Source: Podarcis bocagei
Lineage: Eukaryota
Length of the DNA stretch: 64,000 nucleotides
Strand: one strand, 5' to 3'
Assembly: GCA_964188305.1 (NCBI GenBank)
Contig: OZ076885.1
The notes under the pieces were generated by a model that saw only the letters and a list, made by a program, of their open reading frames with translations, was not told where the DNA came from and did not search any database. Below, one piece after another: positions 36,201 to 47,659 of this stretch (positions are counted from its first letter, which is position 1; each line of letters starts with the position of its first letter). Both the position numbers and the translations under genes were made by a program.

Positions 36201-39200
36201 CATCTTGCTAAAATAGCTACAGTGGTGCCCCGCAAGACGAATGCCTCGCAAGACGAATAACTCGCTAGACGAAAGGGTTTTTTCGGTTTTGCGTTGCTTC
36301 GCTAGACGAATTTCCCTATGGGCTTGCTTCGCAAGACGAAAACGCCTTGCGCTTTTTTTTTAAAGCCACTTGAAGAGGCGCAGTTGCGACGGACCATGCT
36401 TCGCAAGACGAAAAACATCGTAAGACGAAAAGACTCGCGGAACTAATTCTTTTCATCTTGCGAGGCACCACTGTACACTGGCTTCCATGTTATTTCTAGG
36501 CACAATTTGAAGTGCTGATCATAACCTCTGCAGTCCTAAACAACTTAGAACAAGGATATTTGGTGGATAGCCTGTCCTTGTCCCCCATTGTTCAGATCTT
36601 CTAGAGAGGCTTCATTGAATCACACCAGTTTCCAAGCTGTAGAAATGAAAAAGGGCATTCTGCTGCACCTAAAGTGTGTCATTCTCTCCCTTCAAAAGCA
36701 GATACCTCATTTCCTTATCCCAGGCTTTGGTTTGTAAGATTATGTGTCTTGGGATCTTGCCACTGTGTCTACTGTTAATATTTTATCTGCTCTTTTCTTA
36801 CAGCTGCTACAGTCTATTAATCCCAGTTGCTTGTATTTTTGCTAGTGCATTAGTACTGTCTTTATTTTTGTATTTATTATTACCACCTTTAGTATAATTC
36901 ATAGAAAGATGGGGTTAAAAATATTCATTATAAATGCACAATATAAAGCTTGAAAATGTTGCCTTTATAAAACTGTTTACTACTCTCAAACCTTTCAACC
37001 AAAGAATTCAACTGGAATCAAAGCTAAGCCATCAACGTCATCAAGGAGCAATTTTATATACAGAATAAAGCAAGCATAAGAATATTAGTTTTAGGCACCA
37101 AATTAATTGGACATCACATGAGTGTTATCCAGGCATAAAGATGGATACGAACAGAAGCTTGCAAGATATACTCAATTATACTCTATTTTCAATTTTATGC
37201 TACCATCTACTCACCAAATAGACAAGAGAGTTAAACAACCACTACAATTTAACTTTTATATTTTTCACCGAGCAACAGATTTTTTTAAAAAATTGAAAAG
37301 CTATCTGGCACAACAATCTCCTTAAGAGTGAATACAATGTTCCAATAGGAAACAGCTTGTCTACATTTTTCACAGTGCAGTTTAACTTTGTGTGAAATAG
37401 TTCTCCAAAACATCCTTAGCTAGCTTTAACATTGAAAAGAAGTTATTTTCACTTTCTATTCTGAATAAAGCCTTCTACTTCCTTCACATTAACTTTTACA
37501 CCTTTAACAAATACTATCTTTTCACTTGACCCGATGCAATCAAAGACACCGAAAACTGCTGTGCTTGCTTCTAAATTCTATTTTAGCATGAATGCAACCT
37601 ATTTATAAATGAAAAGGAAATTATCAATTTAACATAGAAATTTCAAATAAAATAAAATACAGTCATACCTCAGGTTAAATGTGCTTCAGGTTGAGCGCTT
37701 TGAGGTTGCACTCCACGGCGAACCAGAAATAACAGAATGCATTACTTCTGGGTTTCACCGTTTGCACATACGCAGACAGTCAAATGACATTGCGCGCATG
37801 TGCGGAAGCGGCGAATCGCGACCCACGCACACACGCAGTTGCGGGTTGCGTTCGCTTCTGGATGCGAACGAGGCTCCGGAACAGATCCCGTTTGTATCCA
37901 GAGGTACCACTGTATTTGCAACCTGCAAAGTATTTGTTAGCTGAATCAATAATTGTGGACCATATTTGATTACACAGCAGATAAAAAAGGTAATCCTTCC
38001 TACTTAATGATGATATTTGGAGCCAGATTTAGCAACAATTTAAAATCAGTACATCCACGTCAACCATGTTAGAAAATGGCAGAGCACTGTCCCAGTTTAA
38101 GGGGATGGGGAGCATTACATACACAACAGCAAGATTGTGTGAACAAATGCTGTGTGTGGCTCCCCTCTCTGATCTAGTTGCAGGACCCATGGTGCGAAAA
38201 TCCTGCTGCTTGGTGAGGAAGGATTTTATTCAGGTCCCACACCTATCCTTCCTTAATGTCAGATAACATAAGAAATTTTAAGCTATAAAAAGGGTTCTGT
38301 GTAGCCCTAGGTGATCCCCACATGTATTAAATTGAGGTGCTATTTATAGCTAATGCTAGAGTATATACTGTATCATTTATTTTTTTTACATAATGGACAC
38401 TATCCATGGAGCTAGCACACAGGTGTTAGTGACAGTGCTGGCACATGAGACGTATTCCATGAGTTCCTTGGTGGCAAGCTTCCATGTGCCTTCCTTCCAC
38501 TATCTATTTGGAGGTTAGACTGGAGAAGCTGCTCAAAAGAAGCTGAAAAAATATGTATAGGTTTTGCTTAGGGCAGTCACAGGATGAGCCACCAGACTAG
38601 GTACTGTACCCTTATAGGTTAATTATAAACACAAAAAGTAAGCTATTTTAAAAGACTTAAAAGTATAATTATCTATAATTTGTACCAGAATTTTCATCCG
38701 CAGTTGTGTTCTGTCAAGTTCTACCTGCGCTGGAGAAATGGGGCAGGTAGCCAAAGCTGGTAAAACACACCCCTAACCACCAAGGCTACATATGTCTCCA
38801 GTGACAAAGCTGGGGTATACAACCCCATCCAGAACAGGCAATTGGCCAGTTTCTTGGACATGGGATCCACTCATCCAGAGTCTTGCCAGGATTTAAGCTC
38901 AGCTTAATTTCCCTCATACATCTCAATGTTTTTTTAAAAAAATAATTTATTTAACTATTTATAATCTGCACTTTCATAAAGTATATTAAGTACTGCATTC
39001 AGGCACTGGTCCAAAGCCTCCAGCTTCAGATAAATGGAGCTGAGTGTCATCAGTATACTGATAACATCTTGCCACAAAACTCCTAATGACCACTCCCAAC
39101 AGTTCTAGAGATATTAAATAGCACAGGGGTTAAAAATACAGCCCTGCAGCACCCCACAGTGCAAGTGCCAGAGCAGAAAAGCACTCTCCCATGCTCACTC

Positions 39201-42200
39201 TGGAGGTTATCAAAAGCTGCGCAGATCAAGAAACAGGAGTACAGCTGCACTCCGCTTGTCCCATTGTTGATAAAAGTCATCCATAAGGGGGACTGAGACT
39301 GACTTGGTGTTATGGCCAGGCCTAAAGTCAGATTGAAATGGGTGTAGATCAAGGGTTCCCAAGCATCATACAAGTGGTTTGGAGTGTCTGTAATAAAATT
39401 TAAGAATCACAAAACATCTAGCACAGCACATTACAATTGCTACACCAGGCATAAAATTAAGTGATCAGTCAAGAACATCAGCAATTTTCAAATGGTTCAT
39501 GGGGGAAGATTGGGAGCCACTGGCCTAAATAATCTGTGGCATCTAAGAATGTCTTCAAGTTTCCCCACTAGGACTCTCTCCACCAACTTTCTAGAAAAGA
39601 GGTATTTACAACTAGCTGGTAGTTATTCCAAACCAAAAGGTCCAGGGCTAATTTCCTTGAGAGTGGTCATCCCACCACACCTTTCGAATCAGCAGGAACC
39701 ACACTCTGACACAGAGAAGAATTAACAAATCCTGAACACAATCAGTCAAACTCTGTCAGAGTTAGGAACAGTGGTCAAGTGGGCACATAGTTGTGAACAT
39801 AGTTGAGAGTATAGGTGCAAGCACTTTGCCCTTATGTGGCTGCATAAACTAAAACCAATTCCACGAAGATCACAGACTCTGGCATTGGCTACTTTGACTA
39901 CAAGCGCAACAAAAGCAGTGTCAAGGTCACTCTGAAGTAAACTAACTTTATCCTCAAAGTGTGCAGCAAGTTGCTCACAGCAGCTCCCTGAATGTTCCAG
40001 AGGTTCTTCCCCCACAGTGGGAGTCAGCAACCTTTGGACGATCTGAAATAGCTCTACCAAACAGCTACTAGATGTAATGCAAGCTGTGAAATATGCATTC
40101 TTTGCCACCTGTGCTGCCACATGGTAGGCACAATTATGTTCACTAACCACTGTTGGTGGGCTTCAGACTCTGTCATGTACCATCTGGGCTCTAGTCTTTT
40201 GTCCAGCTCATTTCATTGCCTGTAGCTCTCCAGAATACCAAGGAGCCAGTTGGGCTCTGCAACACCAGAAAGGATGCTTAGGACCAATTGTATCAACCAA
40301 ACAGCCATATTATTTCAACATCTATAGAAAAGACCAGAAATTTGACAGGCTCAGATTTCTCTACTAGAAAACCCCCAGTGTGTTCAGGAACCCAGGAGGT
40401 TTCATCAGTCTCCAAGGGTGGCCATTCAAACAGGCCCATCATCTTTGCCACCATTTTGCCAAACTTTACCTGAGAATTATCTGTCCATGGCCAGGGAGTG
40501 TATTTTACCCCCCTACCTTCAGTCTATCACTCAAGGTAAAAACTGCATCAAGCATGTGCCCTGCCCAGGGTGTTAAACTGATGACATCTAAGGCTCCTCC
40601 ATGGTTGTCACAGAAGCCATGAAGTCCCAAGCTGGCCCTCTAGCAACAGCCATGTGGGTACTGAAATTGCTCAGGTCTATTGTCCTGGGGTCCTCAAACA
40701 CCATGCTAGAGAAAATCTTTGTCAGGGAAGCGACTGGCCAGCAGGGAAGTCAATATACCAGCAGCATCACCAATCTGTCTTTCTGGGACAACACCAGGTG
40801 CAAACCTTCTAAGCACACCCAAATGTCAAGAGGTTTTCTGGTAAAGGAGATGGTACTTATGTGGATAATGGCAGCACCCACTCCCCCCAGTCTGGCCTGG
40901 TGGTGTAACAAGTACCCAACCTTCCATAATACATACCAGGTCAGTCCTCTCACCACAATCCAATTGTGAATGGTTCACATAAATTCGGGCCACATATTAA
41001 AAACTAGGAACAATAATAAATGAATCCTACACAGTTGTTCCTCCCTCTGCTCCTAGTTCTGGGAAATGCACCATACCCAACCTCTCATCTTGAGTTACGG
41101 TCACAGGTTTGCTTCTCCTACAATGCCTATCCCTAACTGAAATACACTGGATGAGAGGGCTGCAGTCCAAAAATACTTGGAAGGCACCAGGTTGTAGTAA
41201 GCGGTCTTAGGCCATCTAATCTATACTTCTCTCCAACATGTGTCATTTAAGGATGTTCCTTTATCAATATTTGTCACTGGAAGCCCAAATGGCTTCTATG
41301 GCCAGGAAGACCTTTTTCCAGTTACAGCCTTCCCTAGCCCAGAATAGCTTGGCCACAGTTTTGCAGTTTCCAGCCAGACCCTGAAGAGGGTTTGGAAACT
41401 GAAGCTGGTACAGAACACTACTTCTAGAGTGCCAGCTTGAATTTTGATGTAGCACCACATAGTATCTTGCAGAATCTGCACTGGCAGCCTTTATGCTACT
41501 AGGCCTCATTTAAGATGCCGCCGCTGACGTATAAAGCCCTGAGCTACTTGGGACCTGCCTGGTCTTCAGTTCAGCAGAGGACTGCTTGTTGTTCTCACCC
41601 AACTTCCAGCAAGTATTCACTGTTGTTCAGGTATGAAAGAAAGGGCTTTTGTGATAGCTGAGTCACAGTTAAGGAACTCTCTTGTCCTAGTGGCATGGAC
41701 ACCTACACTTTTATTGAGCTTTCCCTGCTATCACATCAATACATCTTTATTTTCCCAGTCTTATGTTGGATCTGTTTAAGTCTTCTTATGTACAAGTCTT
41801 CATATTTTAATTGTTGCCTGAATCTGTGCATTTCTATGTTTTGAATTTTTAGGACATTTTGTTTGTGTTTATTACTTCTGCTTTTAACTGCTTGTGTTGT
41901 TTATAATGTGTTGGTAATTTTGGTACTGGACATTCAATGCCATTTTGTTGTCTTTTTCAGTGAAAAATGGAACATAAAAACCAAAATAAATGTGGAGCTT
42001 CCTAAAAGTCAATACAGAAAAGTTCCTATGCCTGAAATATGATGCTTACAGATGGAGTTCTGAAATATTTTCATTTGAAAGATTTGCACTCCAAAGTTTG
42101 ATTCTGGGTTCAATATATATACTATTTAACCCAATGGTGCACTCCCATGCACCTTTACTTGGAAGTAAACTCTGCTAAATTCAGTAATTACTCCCAAGTC

Positions 42201-44346
42201 AAACAGGTTTAAAATTACATGAGCCCTACCAGATAAGGCCAAAGACCTATCTAGGCAGCATTTTGCTTTTTCACATGAACACAGCAGTCCTCTCTTGTTG
42301 CTTCCTGCCTACTGCTCCTCTGATCATTGAAACAGTATGCCACCACCATGACCAGCAGCCATGATCCTGATCCTCTTTTAAAGCTAAACTGGTAGCTATC
42401 ACTACATCTTGTGTGGTAGCAAATTCCATACTCTGTGCTGACCCTTTAAAATTCACCTCCATTTGATTACCCCAAGTTCTAACACTGAGAAAACGAGACA
42501 TTCCCTGTCTGCTTTCTCCATGCTGTGGATAATTCTATTCATCGATAATGTCCCTTTCTACTTGTTTTTTTCTAAACCCCCCCCCCATCGTCAATGAATA
42601 AATCTTAACCTTCCTCACAAGGGAATTCCTCCAGCACATTGATAATTTTGGTCTCCTTTTAAACACTTGATCTTTCCATGCCAGCTGGTCATTGCAAGTG
42701 GTTTTCTTTCTTCCTCCTCCCCCTCAATCCCTTTTGTGTGATGTTTTGCATCATACACCTAGGGACATTTGGAAGCAACCCTGGAAGGTGGCTTTTTTCA
42801 TTTTTTACTAAAGAGCTGGATAAACATTGTTTAAATTAATTAATTAAGATTAACCAAATTAACGTGATACAAAGAGCTTGGTGCCCTTAAGACTCCTGTG
42901 CAGCCAGTGGAACTTTTACCACATCACCCCCATCACAACTATAATAATTTAGCTTTTCAAACTCATTGGTGCTTTAGAAGTGGCATGCCATTTAAGTTCC
43001 ACTGAACATGCAGATGAACTGGAATGATTCTCTGGACTGTAGTGCCAGTATTTTTTATAAACCCATACAATGTATCAGTTTTGTGGAAGGAAGAGACTAA
43101 CTTTTCACTAGAATGGGTTATTCCAGCAGCATAGTCTCAGCTTCCAATCATGTATTCCCCCAAAAGCTCAATTCTAAAGTGCAGCTTGATCAAATGCATG
43201 CTGACTTGAGAGGAAGTCTCACTGTGCCCCAGGTGCAAAGGCAATTCTGACGAAGAGCATTAGGGCACCTTAGGTGGCAATAATTTAAAAATGCTGCCCA
43301 AGAGGCTGATTTCCCTTCCTGGCCTAGACTTTGCGACAGACACCCTTCCCAACAAAGCAGCCTGAGCTCTCGTCACCCAGGGCCGGAGCCGCAGCCAGCC
43401 CGCCTGAGGCGTTTCATACACGCCGGAGCCCTTTAACGTCGCCGTTAACCAGGGCGCACCCATCTTCAACGGGGCAGCGAGGACATGTTTTCATTTGGCG
43501 TCTACGACTCGGCTTCGACATCATAGAAATAGTAACTAAAATGGGAGGGAGAGGTGGGGTGTTGCGCGCACACAGAGAGCGGAGGCTGCGCGTCTCTGGC
43601 AGGAAGGAAGCCTGCCGGGCCTTTGTGCAGCACCCGCCGTCGCTCACACAATAAGCCTCCCTCTCTGGGAAGAACCGCTGCCTCTCGCCGCCGCCATGTT
43701 GGGTCCTGGCCGGCTCCATGTGCACCGGGGGGGGGGGAGAAAGAGAGGCGGGAAGAGTAGAGAGGAGAAAGAGGGTCGCTCGTAGTTCGGCCGCCACCGA
43801 GCCTTCAAAGCCTCCCTTCGGGCGGGAAGCAAGGAGAGGGCGGGGGGCGAATTGGAAAAGCAGCTAAGCCCCCGGCTCCAACTGCCCCCAAATGCGTCCC
43901 GTTCGGGGCGGAAAAAAGAACAAAGGGAGAAGGCCGCGCCGCCTCCCCTCGGCCGCGGAAACAAAAGGCGGGGCAGGCCGGCAGGGCCCCGAAGGGAAGG
44001 CACAGCGATATGCGACTACGCCTCCCGCCCGGCCCCACAAGATAAGATAGCGGCATCGGCCGGTGGGGGGGAGAAGAGCTGGGGGGGGGGATTTGCGCCT
44101 CCGCACCTTTTTCTTCTCCAGGTTGCGCAACTTCTTGTCGATGACGCCCAGAATCTGCTTCATGGCCTCGGTCTGCACCGAACTCGTGCTGCCGCCCGGA
44201 ACCGACGCCGCTTGGGATGGAGCCGCCCCAGCAGCTACCGTTGCCGCGGCTGCCGTTGCCGGAGGCGCCACCGACGCCGCCTCGTTCCCCGTTTTGCCGC
44301 CGCTGCTGCCGCTGCTCGCCATCGCGCTGCTGGTGGCCGAGGGCAT
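14625..44346 (-). CDS. CAPRIN1: CAPRIN1 (caprin-1 / RNG105), complete spliced CDS, 18 coding exons, 717 aa
   Basis: exon lengths 240+63+87+239+83+135+53+87+156+109+62+111+150+154+195+101+64+65 = 2154 nt, open throughout; HR1 region, G3BP-binding YNFMQDS, C-terminal RGG boxes, ends MPQMNAQQVN*. Confidence 0.98.
16109..16172 (-). CDS. CAPRIN1: CAPRIN1 exon 18
   Basis: 64 nt, DGYQQNFKRGSGQSGPRGAPR; AG/GT boundaries. Confidence 0.97.
16263..16634. mobile_element. Tc1/mariner-superfamily (Tc2/pogo-like) MITE with a duplicated right end
   Basis: TA then CCGTATTTTTCACTCT...; ends AGAGTGAAAAATACGG; the last 22 bp are repeated. Confidence 0.85.
17807..17973. mobile_element. Tc1/mariner-superfamily MITE, short form of the same family
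   Basis: TA-CCGTATTTTTCGC...GCAAAAAATACGG-TA. Confidence 0.85.
18163..18263 (-). CDS. CAPRIN1: CAPRIN1 exon 17
   Basis: 101 nt, GYDGYRPSFSNTPNSGYTQAQFSAPRDYSTYQR; AG/GT boundaries. Confidence 0.97.
19112..19306 (-). CDS. CAPRIN1: CAPRIN1 exon 16
   Basis: 195 nt, VGTYHGSPDQ...SRGVSRGGSRGTRGLMNGYRGPANGFR; AG/GT boundaries. Confidence 0.97.
19799..19952 (-). CDS. CAPRIN1: CAPRIN1 exon 15
   Basis: 154 nt, VFNMNAPVPPVNEPETLKQQ...ELQQEQQLQT; AG/GT boundaries. Confidence 0.97.
20157..20306 (-). CDS. CAPRIN1: CAPRIN1 exon 14
   Basis: 150 nt, ASITLSADQ...SSGINVNAAPFQSMQT; AG/GT boundaries. Confidence 0.97.
20582..20692 (-). CDS. CAPRIN1: CAPRIN1 exon 13 (GC donor)
   Basis: 111 nt, VPLVSSTSEGYTASQPMYQPSHSTEQRPQKESIDQIQ; donor CAG|GCAAGT. 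Confidence 0.95.
21389..21450 (-). CDS. CAPRIN1: CAPRIN1 exon 12
   Basis: 62 nt, (V)HTESRLAQSTQVPVQPEATQ; AG/GT boundaries. Confidence 0.96.
21901..22009 (-). CDS. CAPRIN1: CAPRIN1 exon 11
   Basis: 109 nt, DSMLEFENQALDPAIVSAQPMNAAQNLDIPQMVCPP; AG/GT boundaries. Confidence 0.96.
22070..22415. mobile_element. Tc1/mariner-superfamily (Tc2-like) MITE
   Basis: 23-bp TIRs CCATATATACTCGAGTATAAGCC and GGCTTATACTCGAGTATATACGG; TA TSD. Confidence 0.88.
22551..22706 (-). CDS. CAPRIN1: CAPRIN1 exon 10
   Basis: 156 nt, VVNSLQQQPQATSPP...DPLVRRQRVQDLMAQMQGPYNFMQ; AG/GT boundaries. Confidence 0.97.
24179..24210. repeat. (CA)n microsatellite
   Basis: about 15 CA units. Confidence 0.95.
25161..25247 (-). 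CDS. CAPRIN1: CAPRIN1 exon 9
   Basis: 87 nt, YVNRQFMAETQFSSSEKEQVDEWTVETVE; AG/GT boundaries. Confidence 0.97.
25332..25384 (-). CDS. CAPRIN1: CAPRIN1 exon 8
   Basis: 53 nt, (E)PEPTEEYTEPSEVESTE; AG/GT boundaries. Confidence 0.96.
25510..25997. mobile_element. Tigger-like DNA transposon, right-end fragment with internal (GATT)n
   Basis: ends AAGGTACCACTG-TA like the Tigger-type MITEs; left TIR not found. Confidence 0.6.
26351..26485 (-). CDS. CAPRIN1: CAPRIN1 exon 7
   Basis: 135 nt, KALREVIERILQTSYFDTHNQQNGLCDEEETVPAPTVEDAVAET; AG/GT boundaries. Confidence 0.96.
29057..29139 (-). CDS. CAPRIN1: CAPRIN1 exon 6
   Basis: 83 nt, LSEQYEQASIHLWDLLEGKEKPVCGTT(Y); AG/GT boundaries. Confidence 0.97.
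29254..29492 (-). CDS. CAPRIN1: CAPRIN1 exon 5
   Basis: 239 nt, IQKTIKKTARREQLMREEAEQKRLK...EPERDMNV(R); AG/GT boundaries. Confidence 0.97.
30151..30418. mobile_element. Tigger-like MITE
   Basis: TA-CAGTTGTACCTCGCAAGACGAA...TTCGTCTTGCGAGGCACCACTG-TA; internal CGCAAGACGAA repeats. Confidence 0.9.
30693..31688 (+). mobile_element. young 5'-truncated L2 LINE (ORF2 C-terminus, 3'UTR and (ATT)n tail)
   Basis: uninterrupted frame RLKLNPSKTE...SRLDYCNSL...QNAAARL...LHWLPV...LFRLAF ending at 31469; 3' stem-loop region, AATAAA and (ATT)n; candidate TSD TTTCAACTT versus TTTCCACTT. Confidence 0.92.
31805..31891 (-). CDS. CAPRIN1: CAPRIN1 exon 4
   Basis: 87 nt, DAVSKHQEVSNNLEFAKELQRSFMALSQD; AG/GT boundaries. 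Confidence 0.97.
32235..32297 (-). CDS. CAPRIN1: CAPRIN1 exon 3
   Basis: 63 nt, GKLDDYQDRMNKGERLNQDQL; AG/GT boundaries. Confidence 0.97.
33583..34165 (-). mobile_element. CR1 LINE 3' fragment, degenerate
   Basis: CR1-type 3' end (reverse of TAGAATCAT...GGTCATC.TGTCCAACC) and an LEY.....W...FKKDIDKLE remnant on the minus strand. Confidence 0.6.
34799..35044. mobile_element. Tc2/pogo-like MITE with a perfect internal 30-bp palindrome
   Basis: TIRs CCGTATTTTTTGCTCTATAAGAC and GTCTTATAGAGCAAAAAATACGG. Confidence 0.88.
35820..36930 (+). mobile_element. old L2 LINE 3' fragment interrupted by a MITE
   Basis: remnants of WIRINKL..NPNKTEVL, SRF.YCNA.Y, QLVQ..AAR and LHWLP with stops and frameshifts. 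Confidence 0.75.
36220..36473. mobile_element. Tigger-like MITE, same family as 30151-30418
   Basis: TA-CAGTGGTGCCCCGCAAGACGAA...TCTTGCGAGGCACCACTG-TA. Confidence 0.9.
37660..37912. mobile_element. Tigger-like MITE
   Basis: TA-CAGTCATACCTC...GAGGTACCACTG-TA; CpG-rich interior. Confidence 0.85.
38700..41030 (-). mobile_element. old L2 LINE ORF2 remnant (endonuclease and RT)
   Basis: minus-strand remnants of APE motifs (DLVCI.E.W, GGV.AII, LLVY), AAFD, GV.QG..L.P.LFNI, YQYTDDTQL and KLSLNPGKT. Confidence 0.75.
41510..41990 (+). mobile_element. old L2 3' fragment
   Basis: FK...LTYKAL..LGP remnant followed by a T-rich 3'UTR. Confidence 0.55.
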
Positions 44347-45560
44347 CGCTTAACTGAGGAGAGAAGAGCGCGGCGTTACGGGATTCGACGGGGAGGGAGG
44401 GGGAGAGAGAGCGCGCGAGAGTCAGCCCTTGAAGGGAAGCGGGCGAACGGACGGGCCGTCGGAGGGGACACGGCGCGCGAGGGGAGGGGAGAAAGGAAAC
44501 GCCTCCTGCCAGGAATCCTTTTATTCTGTTTTTTTTAATTATCTCCCCACCCCCTTTTCTCGAACGCGCGACTCAGACCGCACCTGTCGGCGCGCGCCCA
44601 GCGATTCTAAGGCAACCTGACTTGTAAGGTCCGTCAGCGGAAGGGAGGGGGAAAAAAAGAAAGGCAGCCCTTCGCGCGGGCGCGTGCTCGGCACCGCCCA
44701 CGTGACCGGCGGCCTGCCCGCAGCGCCGTTCCCTCATCCTCCCGCCCAACAGTCTTGGAGGAGCCACCCCTCCTTTATCTCAATCCTTTCCCCGACAGCG
44801 CCCCCCCCACACGTCCGTCCGTCCGTCCCTCCTTTCACTCCTCGCTCCCGCTTCCTCACCGTGTGTGTTTGGTGCGCGCGCACGTGTGTGAGAGAGAATG
44901 GAAATGGGTATCCCTAGGGCGCGCGGGAGTGCAAGAAGGGGACGGCCCAATGTGTGTGCCTGCGCGCGCGAGGGGGGGGGAGGGGGACGGCCGCCTCTGC
45001 CCACTCCAGCCCCGTCACTTTCACCGCTCCTCCTTGTTACCTCTGCGCCGAGATACGGAGGGGAAAGAGAAAGAGGAGGGAGGGAAGGCGAAGAGCGCAC
45101 GCGCACGCGAGGGGCGGAGCAAAAAAAGGAGGGGGCGAGCGACCCGGCTGAGGGAGGGAGCGGGGTCCTCATCCGTTAGGGCTGCCTCCGCAGAGCGCCT
45201 GATCGGCAAGCGGCTAAAGCAGCTCACGCCCGTCTCCCGAGTGTGCCTTCGCGAGAGCCTGAATATTATGACGCCGGTCTTTCAGGCGCCAAAGCGGAGG
45301 AGCACAATGGTGAGGCGGAGTGAGACGCTTGCCCTCGCCTTGAAAGGCCGCGGGGCGGAGTTCCCGGCCGGGCTGGGCGGCGAATCTGCTCTTTTTTGGG
45401 GCGTGTTACGTCCGAGCCCTTAGATGGCGGGGAGGCGGGCCTCTCTGAAAGCGCTGCATTCCCACGTGAAATTGAATCTGCAGGTTTAGACACGCGTCAT
45501 TAAAAATCAATAAGACGCTGATTTCTGTCACTGGCTGGGCAGCAGCTGCTCGCCAGGTAT
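43300..45560 (-). promoter_or_regulatory. CpG island containing the CAPRIN1 promoter, non-coding exon 1 and exon 2
   Basis: ~2.2 kb of very GC/CpG-rich DNA; GC boxes (GGGGCGGAG), YY1-like AGATGGCGG at 45422 and GCCGCCATGTTG near 43688, E-box CACGTG near 45463; candidate exon 1 donors GAG|GTAACA (exon end 45041) and ACG|GTGAGG (exon end 44860). Confidence 0.85.
44107..44346 (-). CDS. CAPRIN1: CAPRIN1 exon 2 coding part (start codon)
   Basis: MPSATS...VQTEAMKQILGVIDKKLRNLEKKK; acceptor ctcttctctcctcag at 44354-44356, donor gtgcgg. Confidence 0.96.
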
Positions 45561-46056
45561 TTACTTTTGCAAGTTTTTTTGTGGGTTGCTTACTAGAAAG
45601 CGAAGGCGGTTGTTTGTGTTGGCACTTGGAAAATATTCAGTATTAACCTAAGCCTCCTTGGTCCTCTGGGCAAAAGTGTGGCACCCATTTCGGAACAGTG
45701 ATTAAGTGTACTGGAAAATCTCTAGCGGTGTTGAAGTTTCAACATTGGTATGGTCATGGTAACTGGACATAAATTTATGTATCCTGGGTAAGTGGCTGCC
45801 TTAGTAAAACCCTTATATGTATCTAGGGAGGTTGTTGGGTTTTTTTTCAAAACATTGCCCTCTGGACTTTGGAGAAGGGATGGTTAACGTATTAATAAAA
45901 CCAGCAGGATTTACGGTCGGTGTGGAGGGAGATGCTACTTGTGTAGGCCGAGGTGCCTAATCAAGGTTTCAAATTCTGAATATTTGGGAACTGGTACACT
46001 TGTTTTTGATAAACGATGAAATAAATAATATTGCAGGAAAATTATCTAAGGTGATA

Positions 46057-46393
46057 AAAAGGACCCCTGACCATTAGGTGGCCAACTCTGGGGTTGCGGC
46101 GCTCATCTTGCTTTATTGGCCTAGGCAGCCGGCGTACAGCTTCCAGGTCATGTGGCCAGCATGACTAAGCCGCTTCTGGCGAACCAGAGCAGCGCATGGA
46201 AACGCCATTTACCTTCCCGCTAGAGCAGTACCTATTTATCTAATTGCACTTTGATGTGCTTTCGAAATGCTAGGTTGGCAGGAACAGGGACCGAGCAACA
46301 GGAGCTCACCCCGTTGCAGGGATTCAAACCGCCGACCTTCTGATCGGCAAGTCCTAGGCTCTGTGGTTTAACCCACAGCGCCACCCGCGTCCC
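46057..46393 (-). mobile_element. full-length Sauria SINE
   Basis: minus-strand 5' end GGGACGCGGGTGGCGCTGTGGGTTAAACC, B box GGTTTGAATCC and the typical body; 14-bp TSD TTATCTAAGGTGAT versus TTATCTAAAGTGAT. Confidence 0.93.
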
Positions 46394-47659
46394 TTATCTA
46401 AAGTGATAGTGGATAATTATTTGTTTTACAAAAGGCTTTATAGGAGTATTCTTTTTGGTGGCCTGTTGCAACTCGGTGTAGTCACCAAATCCATAGAGAA
46501 GGGCCCAAAAGTTTTTTCCAAGAAGTTGTGTTCAGGTTCAGTAGTAAAATAAATTAAGTGAATAAAAATATGCCTTCTAGGCAGGAATATGACCAGGATT
46601 TTTAAGTCGCGCAGTGAAGGAACTGAGCTGTAGAAACACCCATACTATGACGACACACCCTGCTATTCAGGTTGCAACCTGCACATGCATAGGCAAACAC
46701 AATAGCTGTGTTTCCCTAGAGTTGCTTTGACATCCCTTGATCTTAAATAATAAGTCCATTGAGAAAGCAAGAAATAGGTTTGATACATTGGCAGGTCAGG
46801 AGAGCTCTGACTAAATATCTGCCACTCTTGGGCCAGCCACAAAATATATTCCACCTCTCTTAAAACTGTAGCAACACCCATTTGAGAGAACTTGCTGGTT
46901 CTTTATCCACATCAGGGTACCATCGTTCCAAACATTGTGAATACAAGTTTGCAAATGTACAGGTTGTTTTATTCTTCTACTTTTTAATCGTAAAATTACA
47001 AAGAGAGCTTTTCTGCAGTTGTGAAGCAGTTCTACAGCGATGTTCCAAGAGCCGTGGCAAGTATAGAGGCAAGGGAAGAAGAGAGTTGAAACTGTAGAAA
47101 CTGTTAGAAAGCAGCTGTTTGCAAGGAAGCAATGCTTTAAAGATTTTGTGAGACAGCTCAGATACAAAAAAATGCAGGGTGCAATAGACTGCCTCCCTCA
47201 CAAAGTTATTTCTAACAATTGCAGTAGATGGGCTTTTATATGTGTGTTCTAGCAATGTGTGCTTACTATGCAAATTCTGAACTAACAAGACTCTTGGAAC
47301 AAGCTGCTCCTCCAGTTACATTCGGAGGTACATAGTTGAAACCAGACATCCTCAGCATGTGCCCTTCTCAAATACCATATATTTAAATTAAAAGTATTTA
47401 ATGTGTGTGTGGATAGAGCTTTGAAGGCATTGGAATTAGGTAAGATTCCTAAAATCTTGTTTGCCTTTAGCAGTCAAGAAATATTTCCACATTTTCCCAT
47501 TATGAGGCAAGCAAACAGTTTCTCCAGATTTCGCTTGGATCATATACATTTGATTATGATTAAAAAAAAACAAACCAGAAATGTATATTAAGCCCCCAGT
47601 CATAGATTTATTAGCCATGACTGCATGGAAAGCATCACATTTGAAAGCATGTTTCACAG

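Noticed and set aside
43414-45493. Many long overlapping ORFs (up to 228 aa) on both strands
   Set aside because: Expected from stop-codon depletion in a GC-rich CpG island; only 44107-44346 encodes a recognisable protein
46071-46084. CTCF-like CCATTAGGTGGCCA
   Set aside because: Falls inside the Sauria SINE 3' part; probably incidental
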